Positions 28,825 to 38,839 of a stretch of 64,000 nucleotides of DNA are shown one piece after another. The DNA is from a virus. Its lineage: Duplodnaviria > Caudoviricetes. The notes beneath the pieces were generated by a model. It had not been told where the DNA came from and searched no databases. It worked only from the letters and a program-made list of their open reading frames with translations. Each line of letters opens with the position of its first letter. The stretch's first letter is position 1. Position numbers and translations under genes: made by a program. The stretch lies in the IMG/VR virus record IMGVR_UViG_3300014208_000024, positions 224,001 to 288,000 of that record; one strand, 5' to 3'.

Positions 28825-31800
28825 ATGGCAAAAAAGAAAAAAACCGATACCGATACCAAAGAAGTTAGTGTTGTAAAAATAAGAAAACTAAGGGTTAACT
28901 TTGAGTTGAGGTATGATTATTTAAAAATTCTTACAGAATACATAAAAAGGTTGCCAAAAGAACACAGATCTGTTAGAAAGGATAGTGTTATAGGAATGGA
29001 TGGTAATCCAAAAGATGAATGGGTAAGAATTATTAGCGAAGCAAGAATGGGTGAAATTTTAGCTTTTTTAATTGATAATAAAATAAGATTTGCCTTCGAA
29101 AACATTACCCCAGATGTATTAGAAAGATTGAGAAATGAGTTTGTAGAAAGACAAAGAAAAATTGCAGAAGTATTAAAACTGAAGGCTGAAATGCTAGACG
29201 TTTCAATGGAGGATTACTCATTCATGAAAATCCAACCTTATGAATATCAAAAAAAAGCTGTAAAATTTTTTGAAATTAATAATGGAATTTCTATATTAGG
29301 AGATCAACCTGGAGTTGGGAAAGCTCAAAATTTAGATTCATTATTAGCAACACCTAATGGCTGGATTAGAATGGGGGACGTAAAAATAGGTCAAGAAATT
29401 TTTAGTCAAGATGGTTTGATCTACAATGTCAATGGAGTGTTTCCTAAAGGTATTAATTCAACATACAGAGTTACTTTTAATGATGATTTTTACGTTGACT
29501 GTAACTTAGAACACCTGTGGATAGTAAGAGATGTAAATAGACGAAGAAGAAACACGGGGTGGATAACAAAAACTTTGAAAGAACTTATTGATTCTGGACT
29601 AAGCTATTCTCATTCAAAAAATAGCGTAAGAGCAAAAAGCAATAGAAAACCTGTTTTAAAATGGGAAATTCCTATTACTAATCCAGTAAATTACTCTGAA
29701 AAAAACTTTATTGTTAACCCTTATGTGTTAGGCACATTGATTGGTGATGGGTGTTTGGTTCTTGATTCTATTTGCATTTCAATTTCAGACTCACAACTGC
29801 AGATTAAAAATTTAATAGAAAGTAGACTCCCAGAAGAATTTAAATTAAGAAAAACTAAATTTTACGAAAAATCATGTCCTCAATATTATATAACAAGAAA
29901 TCATTCAATAGGAAGAAATATTATAAAATCCAAGATTGTAGATTTAAAACTAAATGTAAAATCAGGAAATAAATTCATTCCAGATATTTACTTGCGTGGA
30001 AATGTAGATCAGCGAATTGAACTTTTAAGAGGACTTATGGATACAGATGGTAGTGCTGATAAAAACAGAGTTCATTATCACACAAAATCAAAACAACTAG
30101 CCTTTGATGTCGCCGAACTCGTTCAATCTTTAGGAGGGCAAGCATTAATTAAAAAATATGACAGAACTAAAAAAAACAAAGGAATTGAATGGAGAGTTAA
30201 TATCAGAATTAACATATGTCCATTTTACTTAAATGAAAAAATTAAAGAGTGGAATATTATAAAAAGAAATTATTGTTCTAGATATATTAAAAAAGTGGAA
30301 TATGTTTGTGATGAAGAACACCAGTGTATATCTGTAAATTCACCAAATAAAACATATTTAACTAACAATTATATAGTAACTCACAATACAGCTCCCGCAT
30401 TTGCTTATGCAATAAAACACAAGTTGAAAACACTTGTAGTTTGTCCAGCGTCACTAAAATTGATGTGGAGAAAAGAAATTTTAAAATTCTCCAATGAAAA
30501 AGCATTTGTATATAAATTTAAACCAAAAAAGAAAAGTAAAATAATAGCGTATACAAAAAACGAATCTTTATTTCATATTACAAATTATGAATCTATTGAA
30601 TCATACATAAAACTCGAATATCACCACAAATGCAGTGGGAACATGCTTCAATCAACAGGAAAAATGGGGAAATGTACGTGGGAACAAACTGACCTCATAA
30701 AGCAGTATAAAAAATGCCCTATTTGTGAAAACACTGGATCAATTAAAACAAGAATAGTGAGTTTGGTTTCATTTCAGGATTCGTTTAGTCAAGAAATAGA
30801 CCCGTCAAACTACGACTTAATCATTATTGATGAATGCCATAGAATGAAAGAATTAAAGACTACCTGGACAAAAATAATTCACAAAGCATTTTCAAAAATT
30901 CCAAAAAAAATTCTCTTGTCTGGAACTGTAATAAAAAGTCGTCCGTTTGAATTTTTCTCTACTCTAAATTTTATATTACCAGAGGAATGGAAAAATTCTC
31001 ATGAATTTGGAGTTAGATATGGTGCAGGATATCAAGATAATTATGGGTGGAAATATGATGGGGCATCTAATTTAGAAGAGTTGTTCACAAGGGTTTCTTC
31101 TTATTTTTTAAGAAGACTTAAAAAAGATGTTTTAAAAGAGCTTCCAGAAAAAACGTATTTAGAAATTCCAATTGAACTTGACGATAAAGAATATTCTGAA
31201 TATCAAAAACTTTTAAATGAAGTAAAAAAAGAAATAGTTGATGGTAAGGAGATTGAAAAAAAGGATTCTTATTTAGCAAAAATACACAAACTTAAAATGT
31301 TTACTGGAAGAATTAAAGTAAACAAGGTTAAAGAAATGATTCAAGATATAATTGAAAGTGGAGAAAAGGTTGTCGTTGTTTCTGACTATGTAGAACTAGC
31401 AAAAGAAATATTTAAAGAATTTCAAGAAATAGCAGTTTTACATACTGGGGAAATGAATGAAGTTGAAAAACAAGAATCTGTAGATAAGTTTCAAGAGGAT
31501 AAAAATATAAAATTATTTTCTGGAATGATACTGGCTTCTGGAGTCGGTCTTACTTTGACAGCATCTAGTAAACTTTTTAAATTAGGATTTGCATGGTCAC
31601 CAGCAGATGAAGAACAAATATGTGATAGAATTCACAGAGCTGGCGCCACTTCCGATACAATAGAAATTATAACCCCATATTGTCAAGACACTGTTGACGA
31701 AGATATAATGGAACTTTTAAATGATAAATCATTTATAGTGACAAAAACACTTGATAACACAGAATTTAAAAAAGAAAGGAAAATAGTTGATCAAAGTATT

Positions 31801-31836
31801 TTCAAACAACTTGTTGAAAGATTAAAAGATAAATAA
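28825..31836 (+). CDS. SNF2/SWI2-family (HARP-like) helicase containing an intein
   Basis: QPYEYQ, GDQPGVGK/T (Walker A split by the intein), VVCPAS, IIIDECH, LLSGT, FLRRLK, SGVGLTL, QICDRIHRAG; start ATG 28825. Confidence 0.9.
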   Translation: MAKKKKTDTDTKEVSVVKIRKLRVNFELRYDYLKILTEYIKRLPKEHRSVRKDSVIGMDGNPKDEWVRIISEARMGEILAFLIDNKIRFAFENITPDVLERLRNEFVERQRKIAEVLKLKAEMLDVSMEDYSFMKIQPYEYQKKAVKFFEINNGISILGDQPGVGKAQNLDSLLATPNGWIRMGDVKIGQEIFSQDGLIYNVNGVFPKGINSTYRVTFNDDFYVDCNLEHLWIVRDVNRRRRNTGWITKTLKELIDSGLSYSHSKNSVRAKSNRKPVLKWEIPITNPVNYSEKNFIVNPYVLGTLIGDGCLVLDSICISISDSQLQIKNLIESRLPEEFKLRKTKFYEKSCPQYYITRNHSIGRNIIKSKIVDLKLNVKSGNKFIPDIYLRGNVDQRIELLRGLMDTDGSADKNRVHYHTKSKQLAFDVAELVQSLGGQALIKKYDRTKKNKGIEWRVNIRINICPFYLNEKIKEWNIIKRNYCSRYIKKVEYVCDEEHQCISVNSPNKTYLTNNYIVTHNTAPAFAYAIKHKLKTLVVCPASLKLMWRKEILKFSNEKAFVYKFKPKKKSKIIAYTKNESLFHITNYESIESYIKLEYHHKCSGNMLQSTGKMGKCTWEQTDLIKQYKKCPICENTGSIKTRIVSLVSFQDSFSQEIDPSNYDLIIIDECHRMKELKTTWTKIIHKAFSKIPKKILLSGTVIKSRPFEFFSTLNFILPEEWKNSHEFGVRYGAGYQDNYGWKYDGASNLEELFTRVSSYFLRRLKKDVLKELPEKTYLEIPIELDDKEYSEYQKLLNEVKKEIVDGKEIEKKDSYLAKIHKLKMFTGRIKVNKVKEMIQDIIESGEKVVVVSDYVELAKEIFKEFQEIAVLHTGEMNEVEKQESVDKFQEDKNIKLFSGMILASGVGLTLTASSKLFKLGFAWSPADEEQICDRIHRAGATSDTIEIITPYCQDTVDEDIMELLNDKSFIVTKTLDNTEFKKERKIVDQSIFKQLVERLKDK
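29323..30387 (+). mobile_element. Intein (355 aa, Ala1, class-3 WCT signature) with LAGLIDADG endonuclease
   Basis: Begins AQNLDS directly after GVGK and ends IVTHN before Thr(+1); block B HLW, block F QCISV, block G THN; LGTLIGDG and LRGLMDTDG endonuclease motifs. Confidence 0.9.
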
Positions 31837-31854
31837 TTTCACATAACTATAATT

Positions 31855-32742
31855 TTAAAAAATATTATTTTTTTTCATTATATCTTTTATTTTTTTAATT
31901 TCTTTATAATTAATTCTTAATAATTTTATATTATTTTTTTTACAAAATTCCGTTTTTTGATTATCTCTATATTGAAGAGATTTTAAATTTTTACTAAATA
32001 AACCTTCTCTGAAATGCTGTCTTCCATCAAATTCAATGCATAAATTTAAATTTAATAAATAAAAATCAAAAGGTAACATTTTTCCGCTCACAGGATTTCT
32101 GCATTCATTAAACATTTTTTGCGGAATGAAATCAATTTTGTTTTCAATTAATATTTCACGAATTACAGATTCCCCCTTAGACGTTTTACACTTCGGGCAT
32201 CCACATCCTCTTAAATGAGTGTCTGGCATTTGTAAAAAATCCCCATGTTTTTTACATGTAATTATAACATTTTCTTTCATATTATTATATACAACTTTTG
32301 AATAATCATATATGTTTTTATGTATAACTTCAAATCTTTTTAAAACACCCTCTGTTGTTTGATGTCTTCCATGACATTTTCCACACTCCTTCCCTTCAAC
32401 GTGATTTTTTGGAGTTTGTTCAAAAACGCCATGGATTTTACATATGATTTTTATTTTTTCAAACATACCTTTATATTCTACAAAAGAATAGTCATATTTT
32501 TCTCCATGAGTCTTTTTAAATTTATTAATTATTTCTTCAGTAGTATATTTTTTAACTCCAGCACATTCCTTGCACCCCTTTTTTGTATAAATATGATTAT
32601 CTGGAGTTTGACTAAAATCTCCATGTTTATGACATGTTATTATTAATTTAGTTTTTGCATTAACATAATTTGATTTATCATAAGAATATTTGTTTTTGTG
32701 AATTTCTTCAGCTTTTTCTATGAATTCTTTTAAATTGTGCAT
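31855..32742 (-). CDS. Homing-endonuclease-like protein: DUF723-type Zn repeats plus C-terminal PD-(D/E)xK (vsr/DUF559-like) nuclease
   Basis: Three YxYxK..Y...K..I.C..HG.F.Q.P..H....C..C repeats; LPFDFYL...CIEFDGRQHF...RDNQKTEFC. Confidence 0.8.
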   Translation of the reverse strand: MHNLKEFIEKAEEIHKNKYSYDKSNYVNAKTKLIITCHKHGDFSQTPDNHIYTKKGCKECAGVKKYTTEEIINKFKKTHGEKYDYSFVEYKGMFEKIKIICKIHGVFEQTPKNHVEGKECGKCHGRHQTTEGVLKRFEVIHKNIYDYSKVVYNNMKENVIITCKKHGDFLQMPDTHLRGCGCPKCKTSKGESVIREILIENKIDFIPQKMFNECRNPVSGKMLPFDFYLLNLNLCIEFDGRQHFREGLFSKNLKSLQYRDNQKTEFCKKNNIKLLRINYKEIKKIKDIMKKNNIF

Positions 32743-32854
32743 AATATATTTTCATATAAATATATAAAAATTTAAAATACGACGAAGAACAAATTGATGA
32801 TGATATGATTTTTATTTTTTTTTTATATTTATAGGAAACATAAAAATTATTGTC

Positions 32855-33244
32855 ATGAAAATAAAAAAATCAATCGTTGAACAGATAATTAGAGAAGAAG
32901 CTGTAAAAGTTAAAAAACTTATGGTTTTACAAGAAGAGAAAAAAGCAATTCTCAAACAACTCAACGAGTTATACGAAGGTGATGAAATGGATGAAAATAA
33001 ATTTACTGATTTTTTCACAAAAACAAGTGAAGAGTATGCAATGAATTTAATAAAAAAACACCCTTCAAAAGGAAAAACTTATGCATCTTTTGAAGGTGAT
33101 CCAGAAAAACAAGCAAAATATGTAAATGCTGTAAGAAAATGGCCTACTGCAAATCTTGCATGGAGCGAAGAAAAACAAGATTTTGTAAGAACATCAACAC
33201 CAACAGATGCGTCTGGAATATTAGGTCCTATGGGAAAAGAATAG
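32855..33244 (+). CDS. Late protein, putative internal head protein
   Basis: TATTTATA at 32826; leader KSIVEQIIREE...ELYEG; own terminator. Confidence 0.55.
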   Translation: MKIKKSIVEQIIREEAVKVKKLMVLQEEKKAILKQLNELYEGDEMDENKFTDFFTKTSEEYAMNLIKKHPSKGKTYASFEGDPEKQAKYVNAVRKWPTANLAWSEEKQDFVRTSTPTDASGILGPMGKE

Positions 33245-33261
33245 TAATCTTATATATATAT

Positions 33262-33289
33262 AAAAACCCCCAAATTTTGGGGGTTTTTT
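33262..33289. terminator. Bidirectional intrinsic terminator
   Basis: A5-CCCCCAA..TTGGGGG-T6 between convergent genes. Confidence 0.85.
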
Positions 33290-33292
33290 GTT

Positions 33293-33679
33293 TTATCTGT
33301 TGTCAATCATTTCAATTTCATCATAAAACATTAGAATCGAATGATTAAGAGCTTGAATCTTTCTTAGTGTTTTATATAACATTACCGTCAAAAAAACAAT
33401 TGGAATTAAACATATGAAGAAAAATAACCCATGAAGACATACAAATGAATAAACAGTAAGAAAAACTAAAAGAGAAAACTCAACATTTCTTCTTATTTTT
33501 GTTTCTTTAATTTCTTTAATATCTTCCTCCATTTGCCTTCTTGTTTCACTAATTTCTTCATAAGACAAATTCTTGATTATGTTTTTTTCAATTTCAATAA
33601 ATTCAGAAAACTCGTTGTGATATTCTTCAAGTTCTTTTTCGTATTTTTCAATACTGCTGTTTTTTTTAATAAATTTCAT
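33293..33679 (-). CDS. Membrane protein (two TM helices)
   Basis: Coiled-coil N-terminus followed by hydrophobic FSLLVFLTVYSFVCL and GLFFFICLIPIVFLTVML. Confidence 0.6.
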   Translation of the reverse strand: MKFIKKNSSIEKYEKELEEYHNEFSEFIEIEKNIIKNLSYEEISETRRQMEEDIKEIKETKIRRNVEFSLLVFLTVYSFVCLHGLFFFICLIPIVFLTVMLYKTLRKIQALNHSILMFYDEIEMIDNR

Positions 33680-33835
33680 ACTCTTTTTTTTACGTTAAAC
33701 TTCGTTTCTACTGTATTATACGATTTTTTTTTATAAATGTTACAAAATAATGTGTTTTTTATTTTGAAATCCCGTTTTTTTTATATATAGAAAAATATTA
33801 TAAAAAAAATACATATTTATAAAAAATAAAGTTAT

Positions 33836-34735
33836 ATGATAAAATTTGGAGATATAGGTCCAGAAGTAGCAGAAGTTCAAAAGTTATTATCTTTATTGGG
33901 GTATGACCTAATAGTCGATGCAAATTTTGGAAACAAGACACTAAGATCTATAAAGGCATTTCAAAAAAAATATGGAATTACTCAAGATGGAGTTGTTGGA
34001 GACAAAACATTAACCGCACTAAAAGCTGCACAAAAAAGAACAGCAAAAGAAGATAATAGTCCACTACCTTCAGTAGATTATGAAGGGTTTGATATTGTAA
34101 CAGATTGTCAAATACCAGATCAACAATATGTTAAACAAGTAACATCAAAAAGTCAAATATTTTTACACTTTACAGCTGGTGGAGGCAGTGCAAAAAACAC
34201 TATAAATTATTGGACAAGCGATGCAACTCAAGTTGCAACTGCTTATGTTGTAGATGGAGATTCTGGAAAAGTATATCAAGCTTTTCATCCAGATTATTGG
34301 GGTTGGCACCTTGGAGTAAAAGGAACAAATGGAAAACTAGATAAAGCTTCAATAGGAATAGAAATATGTTCCTATGGGCCTTTGGTTAAAAAGGGAAGCG
34401 ATTTCTTTGCGTGGCCAAACAATTATTCAACAAAAGTAAATGAAAGTAATGTTTATACACTAGAGAATGATTTTAGAGGATACATATATTACTATAAATA
34501 TACTGACAAGCAAATAGAAAACATAGAAAAACTTCTTGAATTTCTTATAAAAAAATACAAAATAAAAGTACAAGGAAATTTTGATTTAAACTGGTTAGAA
34601 TATAACCAAGAATTAATTAATAAATGCTTGCCTGGTATATGGTCTCATTCTAATGTTAGAAAAGATAAATTTGATACTTATCCAGATAAAAGATTATTTG
34701 AAGTTCTTAATAGAATATATAAAAAATTTAATTAA
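33836..34735 (+). CDS. Endolysin: peptidoglycan-binding domain + N-acetylmuramoyl-L-alanine amidase (Amidase_2)
   Basis: PG_binding_1 (VQKLL...DANFGNKT..SIKAFQKK.G...DGVVGDKT); Zn ligands IFLHFTAG, WSHSNV, KFD; TATTTATA at 33814. Confidence 0.88.
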   Translation: MIKFGDIGPEVAEVQKLLSLLGYDLIVDANFGNKTLRSIKAFQKKYGITQDGVVGDKTLTALKAAQKRTAKEDNSPLPSVDYEGFDIVTDCQIPDQQYVKQVTSKSQIFLHFTAGGGSAKNTINYWTSDATQVATAYVVDGDSGKVYQAFHPDYWGWHLGVKGTNGKLDKASIGIEICSYGPLVKKGSDFFAWPNNYSTKVNESNVYTLENDFRGYIYYYKYTDKQIENIEKLLEFLIKKYKIKVQGNFDLNWLEYNQELINKCLPGIWSHSNVRKDKFDTYPDKRLFEVLNRIYKKFN

Positions 34736-34736
34736 C

Positions 34737-35030
34737 ATGACAAAAGAAGACGAAGTTAAAGTTAGGGAAATTATAAAATCGCATATTGAAAAAGAATTTA
34801 AGAAAGAAAGAGAAGAAACTGAAAAGAACATTCTTAAAGCAATTAAAAATAGCGAAAAATCTCAGAAGAGCGAATTTTTGTCTTCTTTAAAAAAAGAAAT
34901 AGATTCTTTAGATAAAAAAATATTTACAAAAGAACAAATAAAAGATTTAATGATTAAAGCTTTTGTTAGACAAAATAGGTTTAATTGGGAAAAATCAAAG
35001 TTTTTAACATCTTATTTTAATGAATTATAA
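34737..35030 (+). CDS. Hypothetical helical protein
   Basis: Start re-assigned to ATG 34737 just after the endolysin stop. Confidence 0.5.
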   Translation: MTKEDEVKVREIIKSHIEKEFKKEREETEKNILKAIKNSEKSQKSEFLSSLKKEIDSLDKKIFTKEQIKDLMIKAFVRQNRFNWEKSKFLTSYFNEL

Positions 35031-35032
35031 TT

Positions 35033-35701
35033 ATGGACGAAGTTACAAGAAAAAAAGTATTAGAAATAATAAAAAAATCATTAGACGAAGTTGTCTATGA
35101 TGAAATGAGAAGAGTGCCTGAAACAATTAAAAAAAGGCAAGAGGAAATTAAAAAAACAAAATCTCAAAGAGCTCAAGATGCTCATGATGCTTTATTTGGA
35201 AAAGATGAAGAAATGAATTACAAGTTAAAACTTCATGAAGGACAGGAAAATCCAAAAATAACCACCAACGAACTTGAACAATTCGACAAAGAATTTAAAA
35301 GTCGTTTTCCAGGTATATCTTTTGAAAAACAACCTGGAAATGCACAAATTGTAGGTTTTCCAATAAAAAACGGACAAAAAGATGCTATAACTTCTGGAAA
35401 AATAACAACAGGAGAAAGTGAAATTGGTTTCACCATGTCGTTAATAAACGGATTTAAAATTAACAGCATTATTGAAGGTGGTAAAATTAAGCCATTTGAA
35501 ATTAAAAAAGAAACAAAAGATGTTTTTGGAAAAATATTAAATTTATACGAAGAAATATTTAAAAAAAGATTTAACGATATTATAAATCCAACCGAACAAT
35601 CAGGCGAAGAAGAACTAGAAATGGGAGAAAACCCACCATCAGCTCCTCCTACAGCTACACCACAACCCACTGCATCAGTCAATCCAACACCTAGCGTGTA
35701 A
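35033..35701 (+). CDS. Late protein, putative internal head protein
   Basis: Charged leader ending KLKLHEG; Pro-rich tail. Confidence 0.5.
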   Translation: MDEVTRKKVLEIIKKSLDEVVYDEMRRVPETIKKRQEEIKKTKSQRAQDAHDALFGKDEEMNYKLKLHEGQENPKITTNELEQFDKEFKSRFPGISFEKQPGNAQIVGFPIKNGQKDAITSGKITTGESEIGFTMSLINGFKINSIIEGGKIKPFEIKKETKDVFGKILNLYEEIFKKRFNDIINPTEQSGEEELEMGENPPSAPPTATPQPTASVNPTPSV

Positions 35702-35755
35702 CATTAATTAAATAACTATTTAATTTTTCCTTTTTAAGGATTATATTTTATTTGT

Positions 35756-36046
35756 ATGCATACAATTCAACAAATAATAGAAAATCAAAAAAAATTTAAA
35801 GAGGAAATATTTTATTTTTTTTCCAAAGAACATGCTGAAGCAAAGAAAATTCTTAGTGAAATTGAATCGGATGATGAATACATTGTTAAAGAAAAAAACA
35901 AACTTAAAAATAGATTTAAAAAAATTAAACAAAGAAACTATATTGAGCGTTTATTTTTTTTAAATTCTTGTAGAAACACTATTTTTTATGTATGGTGGGA
36001 TGAAGAAGAAAAAGAAGCTAAAATTTTTAAATATGACAAAAGATAG
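35756..36046 (+). CDS. Hypothetical protein
   Basis: 96 aa ORF. Confidence 0.5.
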   Translation: MHTIQQIIENQKKFKEEIFYFFSKEHAEAKKILSEIESDDEYIVKEKNKLKNRFKKIKQRNYIERLFFLNSCRNTIFYVWWDEEEKEAKIFKYDKR

Positions 36047-36362
36047 AAAAAACACCCAAATTTATTTAATAGATATTAAATATAAACATTCGATAAATTA
36101 TTTTGAAGAATGGTATGGAGAAAGCGTAAGTTATTCTTTTATTGAACAAGAAAGTTATATAGATTTAAAGAAAATGATTTCTGAAATGATTAATGAAAAA
36201 ATAAAATTTAGAAAATTTGAAAGAAATAATATGATTTTAACACTTAAAGTTGAAATGTTGGATGAAGAATTGGAAAAATTGAGATATTTAATAAAAGAGA
36301 AGAAACTTAAATTTCTTCATGATTATGAAATTAGTGATATTAGAAATTATAAAAAAGAATAA
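36033..36362 (+). CDS. Hypothetical protein
   Basis: Start re-assigned to ATG 36033. Confidence 0.5.
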   Translation: MTKDRKNTQIYLIDIKYKHSINYFEEWYGESVSYSFIEQESYIDLKKMISEMINEKIKFRKFERNNMILTLKVEMLDEELEKLRYLIKEKKLKFLHDYEISDIRNYKKE

Positions 36363-36365
36363 ATC

Positions 36366-37382
36366 ATGGCACAAGAACTAACTTTAGCTCAATTAGAAAG
36401 AATCAAGCAACAAAGAATCCAAAAGTTTAAAGCTATTGGATTACCTGAAACCGCAGGACAAATAGCGGATATTCCAATTGAAAACATACCAGAACAAAGA
36501 GTTTACGAAGCTCCACAACAAACAATTCCACAACCACAACATGCACAACAAATAGAAATGAGCATGGAAATGCCAAACAAAGCAAACATTGAAGAAGCCA
36601 TACAGCAACAATTGGCGGAAGAAAGAGCACAAAGGAATGCTTCTATGTATACTGCACCAAGAGATAAATTTAGTGCACTAGAAGCAATTAGAAGAGGTGC
36701 AAAAAAACAAGAATTTAAACAATTTATTAAAGCAGAATATAGTGGAGTAAATGGAAATCAAATTCCAGAAACAAAAGTTGGAAAAAGAAAATCTAGACCA
36801 GGACAACAACAAGAAAAATCTTCAAATGCAATAGAGCCGCAATCTTTTTCAGCTAAAGGAAATGCGGGTGAGTTGGGAATGTTAGAGAGTTTATTTACAG
36901 ATAAATCTCCTGGAATTAATGTTCGATCATCTGGAAATGGAGTTCCTCAAGGAAATTTAATTGAAACAGACGAAAACTATTCAAATGTAGGGGCCCATTT
37001 CGATCCAGTTGCTCATTTAAAAGCAAAAGCTGCAGAAAAGGGAGTTAATATTGATTTTAACAAGAATAAAAAGTTAATAACAGAAAATAATACTCCACAA
37101 GTTTTTCAAACTGGCAATTCTGAACAAATGTCTCAAATGATGCTTATGATGGAGGCTATGATGAAAACCCAACAAAAAAACAATTATGATCTTCCATCGT
37201 TAAAAGAAATGATAACAGAAATTGCTAAAAAAACAGCAGAAGATACCATAAGAAAGGTTCTAAAAGAATACTTGGAAAACCAAAAAAAGAAAAACGTTTT
37301 TGAAGTAGTAAATAAAGAAAAAAATGTTGTAAAAATCGGAGACAAATACTTTCAATTAAAACAAGTAGTTGTTAAATCTTAA
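36366..37382 (+). CDS. Gln-rich, largely disordered hypothetical protein
   Basis: 338 aa, Q/E/P-rich; contains KKLITEN. Confidence 0.55.
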   Translation: MAQELTLAQLERIKQQRIQKFKAIGLPETAGQIADIPIENIPEQRVYEAPQQTIPQPQHAQQIEMSMEMPNKANIEEAIQQQLAEERAQRNASMYTAPRDKFSALEAIRRGAKKQEFKQFIKAEYSGVNGNQIPETKVGKRKSRPGQQQEKSSNAIEPQSFSAKGNAGELGMLESLFTDKSPGINVRSSGNGVPQGNLIETDENYSNVGAHFDPVAHLKAKAAEKGVNIDFNKNKKLITENNTPQVFQTGNSEQMSQMMLMMEAMMKTQQKNNYDLPSLKEMITEIAKKTAEDTIRKVLKEYLENQKKKNVFEVVNKEKNVVKIGDKYFQLKQVVVKS

Positions 37383-37888
37383 TATAAATCATCGATAGTA
37401 AAATTATTTGTAAAAATAACTTTTAATGTAGGGGAAGGTCTTGACTCTCCAGAACACCATTCTTTTGAAAATTGTTCTGGAGTTTTTTTTAATTCAACTA
37501 TACTCCTTTGACTTAGAGCTCCATAAATTTGATTTGATCTAGTTAATCTTATTATGTTATTTTGATCATGTATAGAATTTACAAAAATTACTAATTTTTT
37601 CTTTATTGCACTATCTATATGTTGTGTTAAGTGGCATGCTTTACATAATGTAATACCTTTTGAAAGTTCTGGATTAGCTTTATTTACTTCGAATAAGTGA
37701 AAAAATAAACAATCGTTTTTTCTTGATTGTGGAGGTTCATGTTCGCATGCAGCACATTTTCCTCTGTCTAAAATAAACGCCTCGTTTTTAAGCCACGCAA
37801 ATAATTCTTGCCCATAAATTTTAATAAACTGTTTTTCTGGAAAAGTATTGCAAATAAGCAATTTATATGGTCTTGGTATATTTTTCAT
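37379..37888 (-). CDS. HNH-like Zn-binding endonuclease-fold protein
   Basis: DRGKCAAC...FFH...ITLCKACHLTQH; TATATTTG only 4 nt upstream of the ATG. Confidence 0.5.
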   Translation of the reverse strand: MKNIPRPYKLLICNTFPEKQFIKIYGQELFAWLKNEAFILDRGKCAACEHEPPQSRKNDCLFFHLFEVNKANPELSKGITLCKACHLTQHIDSAIKKKLVIFVNSIHDQNNIIRLTRSNQIYGALSQRSIVELKKTPEQFSKEWCSGESRPSPTLKVIFTNNFTIDDLY

Positions 37889-38019
37889 GTAACAAATATA
37901 GAAATTTTTTCTCTAATTTCAAAATCATATTAAATATTTTTATTATTTTTTTTAAAAATTTTTTTTATGTTCTTTGATTTTTATGTTTTATTGTCTATTT
38001 ATATAAAAAATTAATTTAT

Positions 38020-38760
38020 ATGGATAACACTATTAAATTCAAAAACAAAGAAGAATTTGCGCAATATGTGCAAACTGAAGCTCGCAAAATTCTTAAAGAA
38101 GAAGAAAAAATTCAAAGTCTTGGAAATCCCACAGATTTAAAAATGAATAAAAATGATGGTTCCAAAAATTCTACTGGAGCAAAAGTGGAAATAAAAAAAG
38201 GTGGTTCTTTTAAGGAAAAAACTGCAGCACCCACCAATATTCCAAAAGAATTTAAATCAACCAAAGATCCAATTGAGGTTAAAATGGAAGAAAGAAGCGA
38301 AGGTCATGATGGTGACATAGCAACCGCAGCTAAAATAGAGGGAACAAAAAGCGAAAAATCTGAAACGGAAACAAATCCTTTTATTAAAGGTCAAGCAAAA
38401 CCCAAAGTAGATAGTAAAACTAGTCAACCTAATGTTACAAAAGAAGCTGATCCAACCAAAGAGGGCGGGGTTCCTGGAAAAAAAGAAAACGATGTTCCAA
38501 TGAACAAAGAAGATAAAGAAGATAAATCTGAAAAACCAATGACTCAAGTTTTAGGAAAAGGAGAAGTTGGAAAAGATGGATTTTCTAAAGGTCAAACAAA
38601 CAAAGAGGTTAACAAAGAAGCAAAAAATGAAAAAGACGAATACGAACAAAAATTAAGAGATTCTATAAAAACCATTCAATTGCCAGAAAATTTTAAAAAT
38701 AAAAAAGCAATGTTGGAGTTTATTAAAAAAGAAGCTCTTAGAATATCAAAAATTATCTAA
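38020..38760 (+). CDS. K/E-rich low-complexity late protein (scaffold/core-like)
   Basis: TATTTATA at 37996; leader ends ARKILKEE; internal quasi-repeats; own terminator. Confidence 0.5.
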   Translation: MDNTIKFKNKEEFAQYVQTEARKILKEEEKIQSLGNPTDLKMNKNDGSKNSTGAKVEIKKGGSFKEKTAAPTNIPKEFKSTKDPIEVKMEERSEGHDGDIATAAKIEGTKSEKSETETNPFIKGQAKPKVDSKTSQPNVTKEADPTKEGGVPGKKENDVPMNKEDKEDKSEKPMTQVLGKGEVGKDGFSKGQTNKEVNKEAKNEKDEYEQKLRDSIKTIQLPENFKNKKAMLEFIKKEALRISKII

Positions 38761-38776
38761 CAATATTTTATATTTT

Positions 38777-38810
38777 AAAAGAGTCGAGATTAATCTTGAC
38801 TCTTTTTTTT
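38777..38810 (+). terminator. Intrinsic terminator
   Basis: GAGTCGAGAT-TA-ATCTTGACTC stem plus T8. Confidence 0.85.
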
Positions 38811-38839
38811 ATTTTTACTATATTTGAAAAAAAATACAT

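Noticed and set aside
32781-32795. gacgaagaacaaatt resembling helicase motif DEEQI (31606-31620) as a target-site duplication of the endonuclease insert
   Set aside because: Only 13/15 identity in A-rich sequence and not at the helicase 3' end, so chance is not excluded.
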